A DNA stretch of 64,000 nucleotides from Dehalococcoidia bacterium (GTDB lineage: Bacteria; Chloroflexota; Dehalococcoidia; Plut-88900): NCBI GenBank assembly GCA_965197585.1, contig OZ240215.1, positions 3,232,001-3,296,000 of the forward strand. Direction: 5' to 3'. The position numbers and the translations under genes are program-made. This document shows positions 57,802 to 64,000 of the stretch, piece by piece. The notes under the pieces are model-generated. The model ran no database searches, was not told the origin of the DNA, and was given only the letters and a program-made list of their open reading frames with translations. How positions within the stretch are numbered: the stretch's first letter is position 1; every line of letters starts with the position of its first letter.

Positions 57802-60363
57802 ATGGCTAGGTCAAGGGCTCTTCGCGGCTCGCAAAGTGGCTTTCACCCCAGGGGACCCACGGGATGGGACCTGAGGATGTCAGATACAGGGAGGTTGAAC
57901 TCGGAAGTTCGCTGGCTGCTGATAGCAATAGTAATTTTAATCCTTCTCACTCCCCCAGCCGTAATCTTCCGGGACACTCTCATTAGGACCTTCGGCCTCG
58001 CAATGGGGCCTGTCGGTGGGGTTGCCCTGCTGGGCATCATAGTTGCTGCCAGACACCCGAGAAGTTTGGTGTCAAAGTTCAACTGGTGGCTGGCCGTGGT
58101 GGTCGCGGGCGCCATTACCTTCGGGAGCATGGCGTTCTTCAGCTTTGAATATGGCGTTCTCAGGGACGTTACCATGGGTGGAGAAACCGGGGTTCTGATA
58201 ATCGGGGAACAGGACAGGTGGGGAATAGCGCGCCTGAGCGGCATGGCGCTTTTAGCCTGCTACCTGGTCGCCCCCAGGTTTTCGCTTCAATCCACACTCA
58301 TAGCCCTATTCTCCGTGTTGTGGTCAATCACGCTGATTTTCAGGGTGATGTTCGCTGCATTCGGCAGAATACGGGACCGGTATGAGGACCGGCAGGTACG
58401 GCGCATGGTGGGTACCTTGAACCGGGTTAACCCAAACCGGGTTAACGTTTCGGAGATGTGGCCGAGGCTAGGCATGATCCGTCCCCGGGAAGCGCAGCCC
58501 ACCGAGGCTCCTCCACCCGAAGAGCTTAACTACGAGGCTGCCATTGCCGACTCCCTTGTAATGGCCGAACCTGTTCCCGCTCCGACAGGCGTCGCTGTGG
58601 CCGACATCGATGAGGATGAAGAGTACGAGGGCGAAGAGGAAGAGTACGGCGACGAGGAATCGGATGACGACGGACCCCTCACGCCGGTATACCTGCCTAA
58701 GCAGGAGTCCATGTTCACCGACCCTGCACCGGCGGAGCCCCAGCCTACTAATGGCGTCTCCGGAGCCCATGCCTCGGACATCGGCCCCGAAGTTCCCTCC
58801 TTGGACATCTTGGATGCCACGGAACCGGTAGAGACGCTTCCCGACGACCACCAGGAACGTGCACAACAGATTGAAGAGGCTTTGGCCAGTCACGGCATCG
58901 ATGCCAAAGTCACCCAGATTAACCCCGGCCCGACCGTCACTCAGTTCGGCGTCGAACCCGGTTGGTTCAGGAAGTTCAAAGAGGTCAGGGAGCGGGACCC
59001 GGACGGCAAGCTAAAAGTAGACGAAACGGGCATGCCGGTTGTCCGTCATGAAGAAGTCTCCAAGAAGAGAGTGCGGGTAGACCAGATAGCGGCCCTCGAC
59101 AAGGACCTCGCCCTGGCTATGGCTGCCCCAACTATCAGGATCGAGGCCCCGGTGCCGGGCAAGGCCATGGTAGGCATCGAAGTCCCCAATGTCACCATGG
59201 GTGTGGTAGGCCTTAAAGAGGCCCTCGCCAGCCCCGAGTTCCGAAAAATGTTGGGGAAGTCCAGGCTCGCCGTCGCCCTCGGCAAGGGCAGCGCAGGCCA
59301 GATGCTCATGGGTGACCTCGCTGCAATGCCCCACCTGCTCATAGCCGGTTCTACCGGCAGCGGCAAGAGCGTTTGCATCACGTCACTCATCTCCTCCCTG
59401 CTGATGAACAACACTCCCCGGGACGTTCAGTTCGTCATGGTAGACCCCAAACGGGTCGAGCTGGTTCCCTTCAGCACCGTTCCCCACCTGGCGACACCCG
59501 TAATCATGGACATGGACAAGGTAGTTGGCGCTCTGAAGTGGGTCACCGAAGAGATGGACCGCCGATACAAGGTCATGGCCGGCGCAGGCGCTCGTAACAT
59601 CAGCGGTTACAACGCCAAGGTTGACGATGAAGACCACCTGTCCTATCTCGTCGTAGTGATCGATGAGTTGGCCGACCTCATGGTGATGGCTCCGTTCGAC
59701 GTGGAGCAATCTCTGACCCGGCTGGCCCAGATGGGCCGAGCCACCGGCATCCACCTGATCGTTGCCACGCAGCGGCCCTCGGTGGACGTGATCACCGGAC
59801 TGATCAAGGCCAACTTCCCGACCCGGATCAGCTTCGCCGTTACCTCAATGACCGACTCCCGCGTCATTTTGGACGTCCCAGGCGCAGAGAAGTTGCTGGG
59901 CCGGGGAGACATGCTCTACTTGCCCTCCGACGCGGCCAAGCCCAAGAGGTTGCAAGGTGTCTACCTGTCAGACATGGAGGTGGAGAGAATAGTCCACTTC
60001 TGGTCCGAAAAGGTGGGCGGAGTTGCGGAGCCACCAACGATAGAAGAGCTCCTGGCGTCGGGGTCGGATGAAGAACAGAATGAGTTTGTGGAGCCGTCCC
60101 TTCCCCTACCCCTGTTGCCCAGGATATCGGACACCCTGCAAGAGATACAGGAAAATGAAGACCCCATGTTCACCAAGGCTCGTGGCTTGGCGATGCGGCA
60201 CAAGAGTGTCTCTGCGTCTCTGTTGCAGAGACGGCTCGGAATCGGCTATCCGAAGGCCGCCAGCCTCCTTGACCAATTGGAGGAGAATGGGATAGTGTCC
60301 GATGGAGAGCCTGGAAAGTCCCGCACAGTGTTGAAGCCCGACGAGGATGATGACGAGTACTAG
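57802..60363 (+). CDS. ftsK: DNA translocase FtsK
   Basis: N-terminal TMs, GSTGSGKS, IDELADL, ATQRPS and gamma domain SASLLQRRLGIGY; ATG 57802 with AGGAGG RBS. Confidence 0.95.
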   Translation: MARSRALRGSQSGFHPRGPTGWDLRMSDTGRLNSEVRWLLIAIVILILLTPPAVIFRDTLIRTFGLAMGPVGGVALLGIIVAARHPRSLVSKFNWWLAVVVAGAITFGSMAFFSFEYGVLRDVTMGGETGVLIIGEQDRWGIARLSGMALLACYLVAPRFSLQSTLIALFSVLWSITLIFRVMFAAFGRIRDRYEDRQVRRMVGTLNRVNPNRVNVSEMWPRLGMIRPREAQPTEAPPPEELNYEAAIADSLVMAEPVPAPTGVAVADIDEDEEYEGEEEEYGDEESDDDGPLTPVYLPKQESMFTDPAPAEPQPTNGVSGAHASDIGPEVPSLDILDATEPVETLPDDHQERAQQIEEALASHGIDAKVTQINPGPTVTQFGVEPGWFRKFKEVRERDPDGKLKVDETGMPVVRHEEVSKKRVRVDQIAALDKDLALAMAAPTIRIEAPVPGKAMVGIEVPNVTMGVVGLKEALASPEFRKMLGKSRLAVALGKGSAGQMLMGDLAAMPHLLIAGSTGSGKSVCITSLISSLLMNNTPRDVQFVMVDPKRVELVPFSTVPHLATPVIMDMDKVVGALKWVTEEMDRRYKVMAGAGARNISGYNAKVDDEDHLSYLVVVIDELADLMVMAPFDVEQSLTRLAQMGRATGIHLIVATQRPSVDVITGLIKANFPTRISFAVTSMTDSRVILDVPGAEKLLGRGDMLYLPSDAAKPKRLQGVYLSDMEVERIVHFWSEKVGGVAEPPTIEELLASGSDEEQNEFVEPSLPLPLLPRISDTLQEIQENEDPMFTKARGLAMRHKSVSASLLQRRLGIGYPKAASLLDQLEENGIVSDGEPGKSRTVLKPDEDDDEY

Positions 60364-62203
60364 GCAAAGGACGCGTAAGCTCGCCAACCTCCTGAGCTCT
60401 TTCATTAAGGGAGGTGGCGAGCAGGGCGCGTCGGATGACCCCGAAACGCGGGTCTGTCTATCCTGCGGCGCTTTCCTCACGGGGTCCAGGTCTTTTGAGA
60501 AATTGAAGACCTGCAGCTTCTGCGGTTTTCACTTCAACATATCGGCTCGGGAACGCATCAAACTCCTCGCCGATGAAGGGACCTTTAAGGAGCTGAATCG
60601 GTCCCTGATCTCCATGGACCCCCTGTCCTTCTCCGGTGGGGTTTCCTACCGCAAGAAACTGCATGAGGCCCAGAAGATGACGGGCCTCACGGAGGCCGCG
60701 GTCACCGGGACCTGCGAAATCAAGGGATGTCCCACCGTCATTGCCGTTCTGGACTTCGGGTTCCTGGGCGGCAGCATGGGTTGCGTGGTCGGAGAGAAGG
60801 TCACCCTGGCCTTCGAGACCGCAGTAAAGAAAAAGCTCCCGATAGTGGCGGTGGTTACCAGTGGGGGGGCCAGAATCCAGGAAGGTGTCCTTTCGCTGAT
60901 GCAGATGGCAAAGACCGTCGCAGCGGCGAAACGGCTGCGGAAGCCGGGATTGCCCTTCATAACGGTCCTGACCAACCCGACCACCGGCCAGGTCTATTCC
61001 AGCTTCGCCAACATGGCCGACATCATCCTCGCCGAACCGGACGCCCTGGTCGGCTTCGCTCCCCTCAGGGCGGTCAAGGAGAGCAGCGGCGCACCCCTCC
61101 CATCCGGCGCACACACCTCCGAGTCCCATCTGGAACACGGGATGATTGATAAGGTGGTTGATCGGGAACAGCTCCCGGACATTCTCTCCCTTCTGCTGGA
61201 CATGCTCTACTCCAGGTACAAGGTGGAGGTGCGAGGAAAGAAACCCAAGATGGGCTACTCCACCACCTACAATGCCTCGGCGTGGGAGCAAGTCCGACTC
61301 GCACGCCATGAGCAGAGACCCACGGTCCTGGACTACATAGGCCGGATGGCTTCCAGCTTCGTCGAGCTGAAGGGCGATCGCGTCCACGGCGATGATGAGG
61401 CCGTGGTGGCAGGTCTCGGATATCTGGGCGGCCAGGCAGTGGTGGTTCTGGGGCAGGAGAAGGGCCACGGGCCCGACTCCCGTAAACGGAACAACGGACG
61501 CACCGGCCCGGAGGGGTTTCGCAAGGCACAGCGCATGATGCGCATGGCCTCCCGCTTCCATCTGCCCCTTATCACCTTCATCGATACGCCGGGTCCTCTT
61601 CTCAGCCTCGCAGCGGAGGAGCGGGGACTCGGCAATGCCATAGCCAGTACCATGGCGCTGCTTTCGGACCTTCCCACACCTGTGATCTCGGTAATAATAG
61701 GTGAGGGAGGGAGCGAAGGTGCCCTTGCTTTCGGGGTGGCGGACACAATTTTGATGCTGGAAAACGCCATCTACTCCCCCATCTCCCCCGAGGGCGCTGC
61801 TACCCTCCTGTATCGTGACGCAGCTAAGGCGGAGACGGTGGCCCTGGCCCTCCAGCTGACGGCTCGGGACTGCAAGCGGCTCAATATAATTGATATAGTC
61901 GTCCCCGAGCCCGAGGGCGGAGCCCACCAGTACCCCAATGAAGCTGCCCAACAGCTCCAGAGGATTCTCGTCCGTGAGCTGTTGCGGGTACAGGCTGTCC
62001 CGACCAACAAACTGGTCAAAGCGCGCTACAAAAAGTACCGGAACATGGGAGAGTACAGTTCCCACTACCGTGAAGCTTTGATGAAGGAAATCGAGTATCT
62101 GCAGGGCCGCGTGTCCAGCCGTGTGCGTAGACTTGGTAACCGGCTGCCCGGGGCCGGCAAGTCCTCCGGTTCCGAAGAGAGCAACTTCCGGGTCTCTTAC
62201 TGA
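60347..62203 (+). CDS. Fused acyl-CoA carboxylase carboxyltransferase beta+alpha (AccD-AccA)
   Basis: C4 zinc finger and GGARIQEG (beta part); ELKGDR, PEGFRKA, IDTPG and ISPEG (alpha part). Confidence 0.9.
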   Translation: MMTSTRQRTRKLANLLSSFIKGGGEQGASDDPETRVCLSCGAFLTGSRSFEKLKTCSFCGFHFNISARERIKLLADEGTFKELNRSLISMDPLSFSGGVSYRKKLHEAQKMTGLTEAAVTGTCEIKGCPTVIAVLDFGFLGGSMGCVVGEKVTLAFETAVKKKLPIVAVVTSGGARIQEGVLSLMQMAKTVAAAKRLRKPGLPFITVLTNPTTGQVYSSFANMADIILAEPDALVGFAPLRAVKESSGAPLPSGAHTSESHLEHGMIDKVVDREQLPDILSLLLDMLYSRYKVEVRGKKPKMGYSTTYNASAWEQVRLARHEQRPTVLDYIGRMASSFVELKGDRVHGDDEAVVAGLGYLGGQAVVVLGQEKGHGPDSRKRNNGRTGPEGFRKAQRMMRMASRFHLPLITFIDTPGPLLSLAAEERGLGNAIASTMALLSDLPTPVISVIIGEGGSEGALAFGVADTILMLENAIYSPISPEGAATLLYRDAAKAETVALALQLTARDCKRLNIIDIVVPEPEGGAHQYPNEAAQQLQRILVRELLRVQAVPTNKLVKARYKKYRNMGEYSSHYREALMKEIEYLQGRVSSRVRRLGNRLPGAGKSSGSEESNFRVSY

Positions 62204-62253
62204 CCGGCCCAGACACCTTCCCATCAACCCTCCCTGAATCGAAAGGCGCAGCC

Positions 62254-63081
62254 ATGTCCTTACCTGAATTCGACCTTAACGGAAAGACGGCCATCGTTAC
62301 TGGCGGGGGCCGAGGCCTCGGCAAGGGAATAGCGTTGGCCTTGGCGGAGGCAGGTGCGAACGTGGCCATAGCGGGCCGCACGGAGTCTAAGCTGGTGGAA
62401 ACGTCGGCAGAGATATTGGCCGCTGGGGGCCAGTGCCTGCCCGTCGTGACTGATGTCACCAGTGATGAGGATATAGTCTCGCTGATAGATCGCACGGTTG
62501 AGACCTTCGGAAAGATCGACATCCTGGTCAACAACGCAGGCGTGGCAATAGTCAAACCCCTCGTCCCGATACCCGGCTTCGCACCCAAGGCCGAAGGCCT
62601 GAGCCCCGAATTCTTCCTGCCTACAAGCGACGAGGAGTGGCGCTACGTCCTGGACTCCAACCTTACAAGCGCGTTCCGCTGTACCAGGGCCGCAGCCCCC
62701 CACATGCTGAAACAGAAGTGGGGCCGCATCATCAACATATCGTCAGTGGAAGGGTTGCGTGGAGTCCAGATGCACACGCTTTACTCCACCTCCAAGGCGG
62801 CGATGGAGGGATTGACCAAAAGCCTCGCTCTGGAATGGGCCAGGAGTGGTGTTACTGTAAACACCATCGCGCCGGGCGCCTTCCACACCGAGATGATGGC
62901 TCCCGAGTTCGAAAACGAAGATCTGCGCAAAAGGCTCTTGCGCACTATTCCAATGAGAAGGGGTGGGGAGGTGAGAGAGGTAGGACTCTTGGCCGTCTAC
63001 CTGGCCTCCGAGGCCGCAGCCTACATGACGGGCCAGACTATAGCCATCGACGGCGGGTGGACTAGCTCGATGGGACGCTAG
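62254..63081 (+). CDS. SDR family oxidoreductase
   Basis: TGGGRGLG, NNAG, YSTSK and IDGG. Confidence 0.9.
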   Translation: MSLPEFDLNGKTAIVTGGGRGLGKGIALALAEAGANVAIAGRTESKLVETSAEILAAGGQCLPVVTDVTSDEDIVSLIDRTVETFGKIDILVNNAGVAIVKPLVPIPGFAPKAEGLSPEFFLPTSDEEWRYVLDSNLTSAFRCTRAAAPHMLKQKWGRIINISSVEGLRGVQMHTLYSTSKAAMEGLTKSLALEWARSGVTVNTIAPGAFHTEMMAPEFENEDLRKRLLRTIPMRRGGEVREVGLLAVYLASEAAAYMTGQTIAIDGGWTSSMGR

Positions 63082-63922
63082 CGCCGCTCTTCGAGGGGCT
63101 GAGGTTCGACATCGCGCCTTCCAGCACTTCGGCGAACTTCTTCTTGATCGACTCGTCTCTGAGTACCACCGGCGCAGACATGTCGCTGAAGGTCTTGTGA
63201 AGCTCGAACCTGCCGAGGAACTTGATCCCGAGTTTCTCGGAGATCGCTTCACCGGCCCCCTGCCCGAAGATTTCCCCCGACATGTTCTCCACCACGCCCA
63301 GAATGTTCACGTTCATCTTGCGGATCATGTTGATGGAACGCACTGCGTCGACAAAAGAGAGGTCCTGAGGGGTGGTAACGACTACGAAGCCGTCCAGCTT
63401 TAGGACCTGCATGATGGTCAGAGGGGCGTCGGACGTGCCGGGAGGAAGGTCCACAACGAGATAGTCGAGGTCGCCCCACGCCGTCAGTTCCAGGAACTGG
63501 TTGATGGCATTGTGGATCATGGGGCCGCGCCAGATGATCGCTTCCAGTTCATTCTTCTGGAAAAACCCCATGGACATCACCTTCACACCGTGCTTCTCGG
63601 GGGGGATGATCTTCCCGTCGTCGTCGGAGGAGGGGCCCGAGTGCATGTGGAGCATTCGGATGACGTTGGGGCAATCGATGTCGGCATCCAGCAGGCCGAC
63701 CGAGTGGCCCTGCTGCGCCAGGAGCACGGCGAGGTTGACGGCGATAGTGGTCTTACCCACTCCGCCCTTGCCGCTGTAGACGGCTATTTTGGTCTTTATC
63801 TTGCCTAAGTTATCCCCGACCTTGCGCCTCTGTTCCCAGTTGCGCTTCATCGCGGCAATACGTGCCTTGTCCTGTTCGGTCATGGACTTCTTGCCGACGA
63901 TGGGCTGGATCTGCTCAGGCAT
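63062..63922 (-). CDS. Mrp/NBP35-family ATPase
   Basis: SGKGGVGKTT, IWRGPM, DLPPGTSD, TTPQ and ENMS. Confidence 0.9.
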   Translation of the reverse strand: MPEQIQPIVGKKSMTEQDKARIAAMKRNWEQRRKVGDNLGKIKTKIAVYSGKGGVGKTTIAVNLAVLLAQQGHSVGLLDADIDCPNVIRMLHMHSGPSSDDDGKIIPPEKHGVKVMSMGFFQKNELEAIIWRGPMIHNAINQFLELTAWGDLDYLVVDLPPGTSDAPLTIMQVLKLDGFVVVTTPQDLSFVDAVRSINMIRKMNVNILGVVENMSGEIFGQGAGEAISEKLGIKFLGRFELHKTFSDMSAPVVLRDESIKKKFAEVLEGAMSNLSPSKSGASVPSS

Positions 63923-64000
63923 GAGCCTTATTCCCAGCCGAGGGCCCGCTTGCCCTCTTCGGTAATCAGGTCGGGGGTCCAGGGCGGGTCCCAGACGATG

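Noticed and set aside
1-64000. CRISPR arrays, rRNA/tRNA genes, transposases, integrases or prophage genes
   Set aside because: None recognised by eye; Pro/Thr linker repeats at about 16985 and 27000 are coding low-complexity sequence

Overview
This is a roughly 60% GC bacterial chromosomal segment, most consistent with an aerobic Chloroflexota (Dehalococcoidia/SAR202-like) genome. That assignment is inferred from gene content and synteny, not from a search. From left to right the window holds: a hopanoid/isoprenoid operon (dxs, polyprenyl synthase, hpnH, a small unknown ORF, hpnG, hpnA); an MFS transporter divergent from three tandem glycine/sarcosine/betaine-reductase protein-B (GrdE/GrdI-like) paralogs interrupted by a vapBC module; an AT-rich AlkB plus methyltransferase islet; FBP aldolase/phosphatase, rdgB and moaC; a PKD lipoprotein; and a PadR operon. 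Next come a ~1 kb non-coding interval, a complete caa3-type cytochrome c oxidase locus, and F420 genes (cofC, cofD, cofE, npdG, PPOX) interleaved with a kinase/aldolase/dehydrogenase trio. The right part holds an ECF sigma/anti-sigma pair, a heterodimeric ABC exporter, ruvB, the yceD-rpmF-fabD-fabG-nusB-acpP cluster, udg, rnj, ftsK, a fused accD-accA, an SDR and an Mrp ATPase. The strongest unexplained signal is a ~480-nt multi-hairpin element (21601-22078) closed by a long terminal helix, downstream of a near-consensus sigma70 promoter; it is a candidate undescribed large structured ncRNA. Other highlights are a possible attenuator/riboswitch before dxs, GrdE-like paralogs lacking the cleavage Cys, a NusA-like insert in CoxII, and a possible F420 precursor-supply module.
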